Shown: positions 45,247 through 52,848 of the stretch, in pieces
Layout: the number at the start of each line of letters is the position of its first letter
Numbering within the stretch: the first letter of the stretch is position 1
Source: a virus
Lineage: Duplodnaviria > Heunggongvirae > Uroviricota > Caudoviricetes
IMG/VR virus record: IMGVR_UViG_3300043178_000179
Direction: 5' to 3' (one strand)
Length of the DNA stretch: 64,000 bases
Translations under genes and position numbers: made by a program
Notes under the pieces: generated by a model
What the model was told of the DNA's origin: nothing
The model's database searches: none
The model's input: only the letters and a program-made list of their open reading frames with translations

Positions 45247-45319
45247 GGGCCCGAAGCTCACGGGTGAGCACCGGCCTTTTAAGCCGACAGGCAGGGTTCA
45301 AGTCCCTACGGGCCCACCA
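45247..45319 (+). tRNA. tRNA-Lys (TTT), CCA encoded
   Basis: Acceptor GGGCCCG/CGGGCCC. Loop ctTTTaa. Confidence 0.75.
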
Positions 45320-45393
45320 CCGGGTGTAGCTCAGCCTGGAAGAGCACCAGCCTTGGGCGCTGGACGTCGCAGGTTCAACCCCTGTCACCCGGA
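45320..45393 (+). tRNA. tRNA-Pro (TGG)
   Basis: C1-G72 acceptor CCGGGTG/CACCCGG. Loop ctTGGgc. Confidence 0.8.
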
Positions 45394-45440
45394 CCTGGAG
45401 GACACCATGTTCCGTCGACAACGACGCCTCGATTCGTCGC

Positions 45441-45510
45441 CGGGGCGTCCGCGGGAAGCGGCAGCCGGCCCTTGAAGCCGGTCAACTCGGTTCGATTCCG
45501 AGCGCCCCCG
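45441..45510 (+). tRNA. atypical tRNA-like (TTG anticodon, Gln-like) with C1-C72 mismatch and C33
   Basis: Anticodon hairpin ccggc-ccTTGaa-gccgg. T-arm ctcgg-ttcgatt-ccgag. Compact D-arm. Possibly a pseudogene. Confidence 0.35.
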
Positions 45511-45514
45511 CCTC

Positions 45515-45587
45515 CGCAGCGTAGCTCGGCTGGTAGAGCACCCGGCTCATACCCGGGCGGGCGTGGGTTCGAGTCCCACCGCTGCGA
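45515..45587 (+). tRNA. tRNA-Met (CAT), elongator or Ile2-type
   Basis: Acceptor CGCAGCG/CGCTGCG. Loop ctCATac. Lacks initiator features. Confidence 0.75.
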
Positions 45588-45590
45588 CTT

Positions 45591-45668
45591 CGGGCTGTGG
45601 CGAAGCCTGGTCATCGCGCCGGTCTGGGGGACCGGAGATCGCCGGTTCAAGTCCGGCCAGCCCGACCA
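45591..45668 (+). tRNA. tRNA-Pro (GGG), CCA encoded
   Basis: C1-G72 acceptor CGGGCTG/CAGCCCG. Loop ctGGGgg. Confidence 0.8.
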
Positions 45669-45672
45669 TCGT

Positions 45673-45747
45673 GCTCCCGTCGTCTAGCCCGGTCAGGACG
45701 GCGGCCCCTCAAGCCGCAAACGCAGGGTTCAACTCCCTCCGGGAGCA
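45673..45747 (+). tRNA. tRNA-Glu (CTC)
   Basis: Acceptor GCTCCCG/CGGGAGC. Glu-type 3-bp D-stem (t-cgtc-tag...gac). Loop ccCTCaa with C33. Confidence 0.7.
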
Positions 45748-45758
45748 CTTACCTTCCT

Positions 45759-45831
45759 GGATCCCAAGCTCAAGTGGTCGAGCGCGCGACTGTTAATCGC
45801 GTGGTGCTGGGTTCGAGTCCCAGGGGATCCG
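45759..45831 (+). tRNA. tRNA-Asn (GTT)
   Basis: Perfect acceptor GGATCCC/GGGATCC. Loop ctGTTaa. Confidence 0.85.
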
Positions 45832-45838
45832 CCTCCTT

Positions 45839-45913
45839 CCGGTCGCAGCTCGATGGTGGAGCATCCGCCTGATACGCGGGAGGCTGCTGGTTCAAGTCCA
45901 GCCGACCGGACCA
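45839..45913 (+). tRNA. tRNA-Ile (GAT), CCA encoded
   Basis: Acceptor CCGGTCG/CGACCGG. Loop ctGATac. Confidence 0.8.
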
Positions 45914-45917
45914 TCGC

Positions 45918-45991
45918 TGACCCTTAGCTCAACTGGCAGCAGCGCCCGGCTCTGGACCGGGAGGTTCCAGGTTCGACTCCTGGAGGGTCAA
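45918..45991 (+). tRNA. tRNA-Gln (CTG)
   Basis: U1-A72 acceptor TGACCCT/AGGGTCA. Loop ctCTGga. Confidence 0.75.
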
Positions 45992-45995
45992 CTTC

Positions 45996-46067
45996 GACGA
46001 CGTGGCCGAGAGGTGAGGCAACGGTCTGCAAAGCCGTTCGACGCCGGTTCGACTCCGGCCGTCGTCT
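45996..46067 (+). tRNA. tRNA-Cys (GCA), U73
   Basis: Acceptor GACGACG/CGTCGTC. Loop ctGCAaa. Discriminator U. Confidence 0.8.
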
Positions 46068-46126
46068 CTTGGGGCCGGCCCGTGGCCCCTGGGCGTGCCG
46101 ATGCCCAAGTCCGGTCGCGCTTGGCA

Positions 46127-46218
46127 GCTCTTCGGAGCACCGGGACTGCCGTCCCGGGTTGCGCTTGGCGCGGGCAGCTCTTCGGAGCGCCGGGACTGCC
46201 GTCCCGGGTGGACGACGC
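46127..46218 (+). repeat. tandem ~45-nt repeat, each unit carrying two hairpins (gctc-TTCG-gagc and cccggga-ctgccg-tcccggg)
   Basis: 'gcgcttggc[...]agctcttcggagc(a/g)ccgggactgccgtcccgggt' occurs twice back to back between tRNA-Cys and tRNA-Pro. Confidence 0.6.
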
Positions 46219-46305
46219 GGGAAGCCGCAGCTCGAAGCGACGCTGGCACCGTCGCCGACGGCACCGCAATCGCGGCCAGGGGAGGTAGACGGTAGCCTTC
46301 CCATC

Positions 46306-46379
46306 TCGGGGTGTAGCTCAGCCTGGAAGAGCGGCGGTTTCGGGAGCCGCAGGCCGTGGGTTCGAGTCCCGCCACCCCG
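46306..46379 (+). tRNA. tRNA-Pro (CGG)
   Basis: C1-G72 acceptor CGGGGTG/CACCCCG. Loop ttCGGga. Confidence 0.8.
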
Positions 46380-46813
46380 ACTTCGATCGCTTCCGAGTGC
46401 CCGCCTCGGAATCCGGATTCAGGGCGGCTGGATCGCCGCGGGCTGGTGGAGGGCAACCGCTGCCCCCAGTGCCTTGGGCATCCAGCGCCCTCGGCACACC
46501 CCTCTGGGGATGAAACGGTCTCGACGGGGTACGCAGGCTCGAATCGGCGTCGCAGGCGAGGAGCGGCCTTGACAGCCCACACGGCAAACTGCCAACAACA
46601 ACAACCACTTCGAGGCCCGCGCCGCGGCGTAGGCTTCGAGGTCCAGGGGCTTCGAGCCCCTGGCGTTCGGGGAGGAAGCTGGCCGAGCTTCCCTGGGCGC
46701 ATCCCAGGCCCGGCAGGTCCACTGGTGAACGCGACTCGACCGGTGGATCGGAGTGCATCGAGCGCTGACTGCCCGGGAAAGACGGGCGACACCCGCCGCT
46801 GGGTCACGCGGCA

Positions 46814-46874
46814 GGCGACGTAGCTGGTGACGGTGAGCGTGTTCCGGACGCGGGTTCGACTCCCGCCATCTCCA
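46814..46874 (+). pseudogene. truncated or degenerate tRNA (Gly-TCC-like anticodon hairpin, no variable region, 2 acceptor mismatches)
   Basis: D-arm plus hairpin gcgt-gTTCCgg-acgc, abutting the T-arm gcggg-ttcgact-cccgc. Confidence 0.3.
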
Positions 46875-46878
46875 CTTT

Positions 46879-46952
46879 GCGGCTGAGACCTCGAAGGTGA
46901 GGGCCCGCCTTGCCAGGGCGGGATGGGACGGGTTCGACTCCCGCCAGCCGCT
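46879..46952 (+). tRNA. tRNA-Gly (GCC), U73
   Basis: Acceptor GCGGCTG/CAGCCGC. 6-bp anticodon stem. Loop ttGCCag. Irregular D region. Confidence 0.6.
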
Positions 46953-47022
46953 CCTCGACGTGATCCCTGATCCTCCTTTGTGTCCAGAACCGATCGTGTG
47001 TCCAATCCAGGGGTCGCGTCCT

Positions 47023-47095
47023 GCCCTCGTAGCTCAGCCGGAAGAGCGCCGGTTTCGTAAACCGGAGGTCCGGGGTTCGATGCCCCGCGGGGGCT
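47023..47095 (+). tRNA. tRNA-Thr (CGT)
   Basis: Acceptor GCCCTCG/CGGGGGC. Loop ttCGTaa. Confidence 0.8.
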
Positions 47096-47100
47096 CCTTG

Positions 47101-47172
47101 GCCCGGGTAGCTCAGTGGTGGAGCACCGCCTTGGTAAGGCGGCGGCCATGGGTTCAAGTCCCATCCCGGGCT
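47101..47172 (+). tRNA. tRNA-Thr (GGT)
   Basis: Perfect acceptor GCCCGGG/CCCGGGC. Loop ttGGTaa. Confidence 0.8.
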
Positions 47173-47339
47173 CCTCGTCACCGGCCGGTCTCCGGCCGTC
47201 GCTGACGTTGGGACGAGCGGTGGCCAGTCCCCGCCGGAACCACGCCCGTTCGCGCGGGCGCCGGCGGAAGACCCTGGGCCATCCGAAAGGCTGGCTATAA
47301 ACCGGCTCGACCGGAGCAAACAGGGTTCCACCGCACTTC

Positions 47340-47411
47340 GCGGCCATGGCCGAGAGGTCAGGCACCGCGTTCCCAGCGCGGACGACGCGGGTTCGAGTCC
47401 CGCTGGCCGCT
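47340..47411 (+). tRNA. tRNA-Gly (CCC), U73
   Basis: Acceptor GCGGCCA/TGGCCGC. Loop ttCCCag. Confidence 0.7.
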
Positions 47412-47541
47412 CTTCGAGGAAGCGCAGCGGACGAGGCTTTGGCCCGGCCCGCGACCGTTTCACCGCGGGAGGGCGTTCGCCCGGACCACGGCGCGGTGTT
47501 GGGCCGGGGTGGGTAGCGAGCGGCTGACCAGCTTCCTCTTC

Positions 47542-47614
47542 GCAGGCGAGAGGCCAACGGTGGCCGCCTGGCCTTCCAAGCCGGGACGGACGGGTTCGAT
47601 CCCCGTCGCCTGCT
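47542..47614 (+). tRNA. tRNA-Gly (TCC), U73
   Basis: Acceptor GCAGGCG/CGCCTGC. Loop ctTCCaa. Confidence 0.7.
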
Positions 47615-47618
47615 CCTT

Positions 47619-47691
47619 GCCCGCAGGAGTGCGACTGGCAGCATGCTGGCCTTGTAAGCCGGCCGTCCCGGTTCGAGTCCGGGTGCGGGCT
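47619..47691 (+). tRNA. tRNA-Thr (TGT)
   Basis: Acceptor GCCCGCA/TGCGGGC. Loop ctTGTaa. Irregular D-arm. Confidence 0.65.
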
Positions 47692-47696
47692 TTCGG

Positions 47697-47772
47697 CGGC
47701 GCGTAGCTCAGGTGGGAGAGCACCAGCTCGACAAGCTGGGGGTCGCAGGTTCGAGCCCTGCCGCGCCGACCA
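47697..47772 (+). tRNA. tRNA-Val (GAC), CCA encoded
   Basis: Acceptor CGGCGCG/CGCGCCG. Loop tcGACaa with C33. Confidence 0.7.
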
Positions 47773-47915
47773 TCGACTGCACGGACACTCCTACACAAGT
47801 CCTCCGGATGCCCTGTCCGTGCGCCGCTGCGGGCGGTTTCGTTGGGGCGACAGGGGCTCAGGCTGGCCGGCGGGCCGAAGCACGCGCCTGGTAGAAGGCG
47901 CGTGGCGCCGGCAAC

Positions 47916-47988
47916 GGGGACGTAGCTCAGTTGGGAGAGCGCGGCGTTCGCAACGCCGAGGCCACGGGTTCGACTCCCGTCGTCTCCA
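47916..47988 (+). tRNA. tRNA-Ala (CGC) with the G3-U70 identity pair
   Basis: Acceptor GGGGACG/CGTCTCC. Loop ttCGCaa. Confidence 0.85.
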
Positions 47989-47992
47989 CCTT

Positions 47993-48065
47993 GGGGTCGT
48001 AGCTCACCTGGGAGAGCGCCAGAATGGCATTCTGGAGGTAGAGGGTTCGAGTCCCTTCGACTCCA
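47993..48065 (+). tRNA. tRNA-Ala (GGC) with the G3-U70 identity pair
   Basis: Acceptor GGGGTCG/CGACTCC. Loop atGGCat. Confidence 0.85.
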
Positions 48066-48067
48066 CT

Positions 48068-49336
48068 TCACCTCGGGCAGGCGAGCCCGGTGCTGGGCGC
48101 GTCCCAGCGCTCGTACTCCTTGGCGAGCACGTCCTCGATCCCGGCTCTCGGGTTCTCGGCTCGCCAGGCGGCGACCTGTTCGCGGATCGGGACGAAGCCG
48201 TAGGCGACGTTCTTGTCCTCGAACACGGTGATCGGTCGGCCCTCGCGCTTCCACCGGGCCACGACGGGGTTCCAGGTCCCGGTCCTCCGGAGCTTGGCGA
48301 CGCGCTTCTCGGGGAAGAGCGCCATCTGCGCGCCCCGCAGCGCGACGGCCTCGGCCTCCCACCGTTCGACCTCGCGGAAGAAGGCCGGCTCGATGACCGA
48401 CAGCGCCCAGTACCAGGACACGTCTTGGTACTTGCACATCATGCAGCCGGACTTCTGGACCCCGGAGAAGCCGCCGGCCGCGAGGATGCTCGGCTCGTCG
48501 AAGTGGGTGAGCCCGATCTGCCGCGCGGCCTTCTTCCGGGCCGCGGCGATCCGGTCTCGGTCGACCTTGGGGAGGCCGTCCAGGTCCTCGCGCTTGGTGA
48601 CCCCCATCTCGACGAGCGGGTAGGCGTCGCCCTCCCAGGCGAAGCGGCCCTTCTGGCTCGGCTCCAGCCGCAGCGCGCGCCGGGCCTCGTCGGCCGCGAT
48701 GCCGAGCAGCACGAGGTGGGACCGCCGGCGTCCCGCGAGCACGAACCGGTTCCACTCGGCGGTTCCGACGCCGAACCGTTCTCGACTCAGGTCGTCCATG
48801 AGTTCGCGGCCTGGCTCGACCTTGTGGTTCATGGTGCAGTCGGCCGGCTTCTTGAGGATGATCATGCGCCGGCTGGCGTAGTCGTCGAGGATCGGCGGTC
48901 GCCGGTGGTAGTAGCCCCGCGCGGCGCGGGCCTCGATGCTCTTCGGCGGGTCGCGCCGCCAGGGCGGGGTCAGCACGGGCAGGCGTTGCCCGGGCCGGGC
49001 CTCGCGCATCCGGCCGAGCTCGCGCAGCCAGGCGATCCACCCGTCGGGGCCCTTGGCCGGGGGCTTGCGCTGGACGATGAACCGCAGTCCGTGCCGGCTG
49101 GTGAGCTTCTCGATCCTCGGGATCAGGTCGTAGGTCGCGGGCCACTCGGCGCCGGGATCGGTGAACACGACGGCGTCCACGTCGCCCGGCCGGATGGTCT
49201 CGCCGTCCGCGATCAGTCCGGGCCCGACGAGCAGCAGCAGCATGGTGATGCTGTCGCGGCCCAGGCCGAGTCGGAGCACGACGAGGCGGTCCTTCTTCGC
49301 GCCCTTCGCGGCGTCGAGCAGCGCGTCGAGGTCCAT
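48068..49336 (-). CDS. PAPS reductase-like PP-loop family protein (third, divergent paralog) carrying the N-terminal DLDALL motif; lies inside the tRNA array
   Basis: 'MDLDALLDAAKGAKKDR' then 'LVVLRLGLGRDSITMLLLL' (degenerate PP-loop). 'GCMMCKY'. Confidence 0.5.
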   Translation of the reverse strand: MDLDALLDAAKGAKKDRLVVLRLGLGRDSITMLLLLVGPGLIADGETIRPGDVDAVVFTDPGAEWPATYDLIPRIEKLTSRHGLRFIVQRKPPAKGPDGWIAWLRELGRMREARPGQRLPVLTPPWRRDPPKSIEARAARGYYHRRPPILDDYASRRMIILKKPADCTMNHKVEPGRELMDDLSRERFGVGTAEWNRFVLAGRRRSHLVLLGIAADEARRALRLEPSQKGRFAWEGDAYPLVEMGVTKREDLDGLPKVDRDRIAAARKKAARQIGLTHFDEPSILAAGGFSGVQKSGCMMCKYQDVSWYWALSVIEPAFFREVERWEAEAVALRGAQMALFPEKRVAKLRRTGTWNPVVARWKREGRPITVFEDKNVAYGFVPIREQVAAWRAENPRAGIEDVLAKEYERWDAPSTGLACPR

Positions 49337-49394
49337 GGCCTCAAGCGTAGCCCGGCTTGACCTCCGCCGGCCACGGAACTACGTCGCGGTCGTG

Positions 49395-49607
49395 AGCGAG
49401 CCTCCGACCCCCGAGCGCATCGTGGCCGCGATCGAGTCCTGGCAGGCGGACCCTTACGTCCACCCGCTGACTTGCGGCTGGGACTCGCAGAACCACCGGC
49501 CGCTGCGGCCCCGCCGCGACGGGGACCAGGTGGTGCTGGTCTGCGAGGACTGCGACTACGTCCAGCGCTGGGTTCCGGCCGTGGTGCTGGGCCGCACGGG
49601 AGCGTAG
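49395..49607 (+). CDS. small Cys-containing protein
   Basis: GTG start. 'LTCGWDS...LVCEDCDYV'. The 3' end overlaps tRNA-Ala by 10 nt. Weak call. Confidence 0.25.
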   Translation, partial: SEPPTPERIVAAIESWQADPYVHPLTCGWDSQNHRPLRPRRDGDQVVLVCEDCDYVQRWVPAVVLGRTGA

Positions 49608-49670
49608 CTCAGTTGGGAGAGCATCGGCTTTGCAAGCCGGGGGTCGCGGGTTCGAGTCCCGCCGCTTCCA
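49598..49670 (+). tRNA. tRNA-Ala (TGC) with the G3-U70 identity pair
   Basis: Acceptor GGGAGCG/CGCTTCC. Loop ttTGCaa. Confidence 0.85.
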
Positions 49671-49677
49671 CCTTTCG

Positions 49678-49761
49678 AGCAGGGGTGCAGCATCGGTTCC
49701 GCTGGGAGGGCTCATAACCCTCCGGCTTCGGCCCAACCGGGTTCGACTCCCGGCCCTGCGT
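49678..49761 (+). tRNA. atypical class-II-like tRNA: CAU anticodon plus a 14-nt variable arm, A1-G72 mismatch
   Basis: D-stem cagc/gctg. Anticodon hairpin gaggg-ctCATaa-ccctc. Variable hairpin cggc-ttcg-gccc. T-arm ccggg-ttcgact-cccgg. Confidence 0.4.
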
Positions 49762-49769
49762 CCTTCTTT

Positions 49770-49841
49770 GCCCGCGTAGCCGACTGGGAAGGCGGCGGTC
49801 CTACAAACCGCTTCATGCAGGTTCGATTCCTGTCGCGGGTA
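49770..49841 (+). tRNA. tRNA-Val (TAC)
   Basis: Acceptor GCCCGCG/CGCGGGT. Loop ccTACaa. Confidence 0.8.
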
Positions 49842-49848
49842 CTTCGTC

Positions 49849-49923
49849 GCTGCCGAAGACGAAGCGGTCCAGTCACTGGTCTTTCAAGCCCGTCATTAGC
49901 GGGTTCGAGTCCCGCCGGCAGCA
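49849..49923 (+). tRNA. tRNA-Glu (TTC)
   Basis: Perfect acceptor GCTGCCG/CGGCAGC. 3-bp D-stem. Loop ctTTCaa. One U-C mismatch in the anticodon stem. Confidence 0.6.
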
Positions 49924-49930
49924 CCTTCAC

Positions 49931-50003
49931 GCGCCCGTAGCTCAGCTGGAAGAGCACCGACCTTCTACGTCGAGAGTCGTGGGTTCGATTCCCTCCGGGC
50001 GTA
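49931..50003 (+). tRNA. tRNA-Arg (TCT)
   Basis: Acceptor GCGCCCG/CGGGCGT. Loop ctTCTac. Confidence 0.7.
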
Positions 50004-50004
50004 C

Positions 50005-50078
50005 GTCCCCGAAGCTCAATGGAGGAGCGCCGGTTTCCTAAACCGGGCCAGTTGCGGGTTCGAGTCCCGCCGGGGACA
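50005..50078 (+). tRNA. tRNA-Arg (CCT)
   Basis: Perfect acceptor GTCCCCG/CGGGGAC. Loop ttCCTaa. Confidence 0.75.
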
Positions 50079-50123
50079 CCTTTCGTCCTGTCCGACAGCC
50101 ACGTTTGCGATTATGGATCGGTC

Positions 50124-50738
50124 ATGGAGACCACCGTACTGGTCCTGGACGCGGCGTACCAGCCGCTCAAGGTCGTCCCCTGGCAGAGGGCGATCGAGCT
50201 GATCGTCTCGCAGAAGGCGAACCTCGTCCAGGAGTACGCCGGCCGCGTCGTGCGGTCCGCGAAGCTGACCCTGCCGCTCCCGGCGGTGGTCGTGCTCCGC
50301 CGGTACGTCCGGCTCCGCAACCGGGTGAAGTTCAACCGCCGGAACGTGCTCGCGCGCGACGCGCACCGCTGCGGCTACTGCGGGACCCGTCCGCTCCGTC
50401 GCGACGGAAAGGTGGACCTGGCCGAGCTGACGATCGACCACGTCGTCCCCCGGGCGCAGGCTCGGGACGGCCGGGTACGGCTGCCCGGGGGCCGCGAGGT
50501 CCCGGTGACCTGCTGGGAGAACGTGGCGACGGCGTGCATCCCCTGCAACATGAAGAAGGCGGACCGTCGGCCCGACCAGGTCGGGATGACGCTCCGCCTG
50601 ACGCCCCGGAAGCCGAACGAGCTGGACATCCTGCGCATGGCGCTTTCCCGGGTGCAGGTCCCCGAGGAGTGGAAGGACTACCTGCCCAAGGACTCCTCCT
50701 GGGTGGACTACTGGGACGTCCAGCTCGACGCAGACTGA
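50124..50738 (+). CDS. HNH endonuclease
   Basis: 'RDAHRCGYCG...LTIDHVVPRAQ...WENVATACIPCNMKKADR' (CxxC...H-N-H...CxxC). Confidence 0.7.
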   Translation: METTVLVLDAAYQPLKVVPWQRAIELIVSQKANLVQEYAGRVVRSAKLTLPLPAVVVLRRYVRLRNRVKFNRRNVLARDAHRCGYCGTRPLRRDGKVDLAELTIDHVVPRAQARDGRVRLPGGREVPVTCWENVATACIPCNMKKADRRPDQVGMTLRLTPRKPNELDILRMALSRVQVPEEWKDYLPKDSSWVDYWDVQLDAD

Positions 50739-50751
50739 CCAAGGAGAGGAC

Positions 50752-51168
50752 ATGATCGCCAGCTTCACCGGCACCCGGAAAGGCATGACGCCCGAGCAGC
50801 GTGAAGCCTTCCGAGACTTGCTCCGGACGCAGGGTGTGGAGACGCTTGTCCACGGAGACTGCGTGGGCGCGGACGAGGACGCGGACCGCATCGCCAGCAC
50901 GCTCGGCGTCGCCCGGAACATCCGGCCCTGCAACGTCCGCGACATGCGAGCCCGCTGCGACCTTCGCGGAGCGCGCCCCGTGGAGGGGGAGCGTCCCCCG
51001 TTGGAGCGCAACCGCGACGTCGTCAACGACGGTGCCTGCCTCATCGCGTGCCCCTCCGGCTTCAAGGAGGAGCGGCGCTCAGGGACGTGGGCGACGGTGC
51101 GATACGCCCGTTCCATCCACCGGGACCTCTACATCATCTGGCCCGATGGGCGTGCGGAGCACGGGTGA
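50752..51168 (+). CDS. phage SLOG-family protein (DUF2493/YspA-like)
   Basis: 'IASFTGTRKGMTPEQ...LVHGDCVGADEDAD...ACPSG'. Size fits. Confidence 0.4.
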   Translation: MIASFTGTRKGMTPEQREAFRDLLRTQGVETLVHGDCVGADEDADRIASTLGVARNIRPCNVRDMRARCDLRGARPVEGERPPLERNRDVVNDGACLIACPSGFKEERRSGTWATVRYARSIHRDLYIIWPDGRAEHG

Positions 51169-51181
51169 CCCTGCGGGCTCA

Positions 51182-51448
51182 GTGAGGCCGTGTCGGGCCA
51201 AGGGGTGCGCTGAGGCGCCGGAGTCGGGCCTGTTCTGCCGCCCGCACTGGATGACGCTGCATCCGACGACCCGCGACTCACTCAGGACCGCGCTGGTCTT
51301 CTACGACGCGCACCGCGAGGACACGGCCCTCGCGCGGAGGTTTCTTCTCGCCATCGACACGGCGGTGGCCGAGTTGGCGCTCCGCGAAGGGGACTGGATG
51401 GTCGAGGACGCCCTGGAATGGCTGGGCTCTCGTGCGCCGCCGCGGTAG
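51182..51448 (+). CDS. small Cys/His protein
   Basis: GTG start. 'CRAKGCAEAPESGLFCRPHW'. Confidence 0.35.
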   Translation: MRPCRAKGCAEAPESGLFCRPHWMTLHPTTRDSLRTALVFYDAHREDTALARRFLLAIDTAVAELALREGDWMVEDALEWLGSRAPPR

Positions 51449-51457
51449 AGTCCAACC

Positions 51458-52300
51458 GTGGAAGGTGTCCCGCTCGCGCTGGTGCTGAGTTCGCTGCTGG
51501 CGGCCCCCGTCGTGCTGCGTCCCCGCGGGTCCGGAGACCGTCGTCCCCACCCCCAGGTCGCCGCCGTGATGGCCCCGCATCCCGACGCCGCGGCGTTGCT
51601 CGGCTACCTCGCGAGGCCCTCGCTCGTGGGCTGGCAACAGGTCCGAAACATGGTGATCCCCCGGTCGGGAGAGCTTGGTCCGCCGTTCGGTGGGCCCACG
51701 GTCTGGCAGGCGGTGGTCGAGTACGGCTGGTCCCAGGCCGGAGGCGGCGAGTCCGCGGCGCCCTGGAACTGGGAGGACCCGCGGGCCTACCCCGACCGGC
51801 TGGGTCTCCATCCGCCGCCCGTCGTCGTCGAGAAGGCGATCCTGTCCGCGCTGGGGCGGCCGTACCTCGGGGAGGTCGAGTCGGAAGCGCCGCTCCGGCA
51901 GCGGGCAGCGCCCGCGAGGCCGGCGCCCCGGACGCTTCCGGGTCCGGCCATCCCGCTCTACTACGGCGAGAACCGTCAGCAGCGGTTCTGGCAGGGGGCA
52001 CCGGTCGAGATCGGGCTCCGGGTGTTGCTCTTCGAGCACAAGCGCGAGCCGGGATACTGGACGGTGATCACGCAGGCCCGCGGCGAGAGCCCGCGGGTGT
52101 TGACCCGTCGCCGGAGCGGCCGGACGACGGAGACCGTCTCCGCTGGCGGCCCAACGGCCGCCGCCGCGCTGCGGGATGTCGCGCGGCATCACGCCTTGAA
52201 GCTCACGCTCTCGCAGGACTACCACTGGGGGCTCCGCCGCGGTAAGGTGGCGCTGGTGGCCGGCCCCTGGCGCGGCGAGATCCTGGAGCCCGAGCGATGA
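51458..52300 (+). CDS. hypothetical protein
   Basis: GTG start, 280 aa. Confidence 0.45.
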   Translation: MEGVPLALVLSSLLAAPVVLRPRGSGDRRPHPQVAAVMAPHPDAAALLGYLARPSLVGWQQVRNMVIPRSGELGPPFGGPTVWQAVVEYGWSQAGGGESAAPWNWEDPRAYPDRLGLHPPPVVVEKAILSALGRPYLGEVESEAPLRQRAAPARPAPRTLPGPAIPLYYGENRQQRFWQGAPVEIGLRVLLFEHKREPGYWTVITQARGESPRVLTRRRSGRTTETVSAGGPTAAAALRDVARHHALKLTLSQDYHWGLRRGKVALVAGPWRGEILEPER

Positions 52301-52845
52301 AGGACGGAGCGGTACTGGCGATCGGCGCGGCCGCGCTTGCGGCCGCCGGCGCCGCGCTCGCGCGGTCGTCCGGAAGCCGTGCCGCGCTCGCCGGTCGGGT
52401 GGTCCACCGGTTCCCGGACGGCTGGACGGTCCAGGACCTCTTCAACCCGATCAACCCGATCCTGCTGATCTCGGAGGGCCAGGCGCTCCAGAACACGGTC
52501 CTGCACCCGATCTGGTTCGAGGGGATGTTGCGGGGGAAGTGGCGGGTCCAGAGCCTGCGTCGCCCGGACGGCGAGTCCATGCTGACGCTGATCGTGACCA
52601 AGGACAACCGGGTCGGGGTGGCCCGCGGCCACTGGGACCGCCTGCCCGGCAGCTTCGTTCCCGGGTTCACGGACACGCCCACGACCGTCCGCGAGGAGCT
52701 GACCGAGAAGTTGACCGAGGAGCTTCTCCAGACGGAGTGTGAGCACCTCGTCGCCTACGTTCGCACGATCCAGCCAACCGGCCCGCTGCGCGCGGACGTC
52801 CGCGCCTGCATGGAACGGCTCGGCATCGAGGAAGAGGAGGACTGA
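52297..52845 (+). CDS. paralog family member (short): N-terminal A/L/G-rich segment plus the conserved 'RFPDGWTVQ...SLRRP...GHWDR' C-terminal domain
   Basis: ATGA-coupled. The domain is shared with the 52849 and 55457 genes. Confidence 0.5.
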   Translation: MKDGAVLAIGAAALAAAGAALARSSGSRAALAGRVVHRFPDGWTVQDLFNPINPILLISEGQALQNTVLHPIWFEGMLRGKWRVQSLRRPDGESMLTLIVTKDNRVGVARGHWDRLPGSFVPGFTDTPTTVREELTEKLTEELLQTECEHLVAYVRTIQPTGPLRADVRACMERLGIEEEED

Positions 52846-52848
52846 GAG

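Noticed and set aside
47172-47340. Possible additional tRNA or small gene between Thr(GGT) and Gly(CCC), including the hairpins 'ccggccgg-tct-ccggccg' and 'ggctggctataaaccggctcgaccgg'
   Set aside because: No acceptor and T-arm combination could be folded. Left as an unassigned structured spacer.
42100-50100. Regularly spaced ~11-nt repeats (GGTTCGAnTCC) that could be mistaken for a CRISPR array
   Set aside because: They are tRNA T-arms. The spacers fold into full cloverleaves, and the repeats are neither identical nor evenly spaced.
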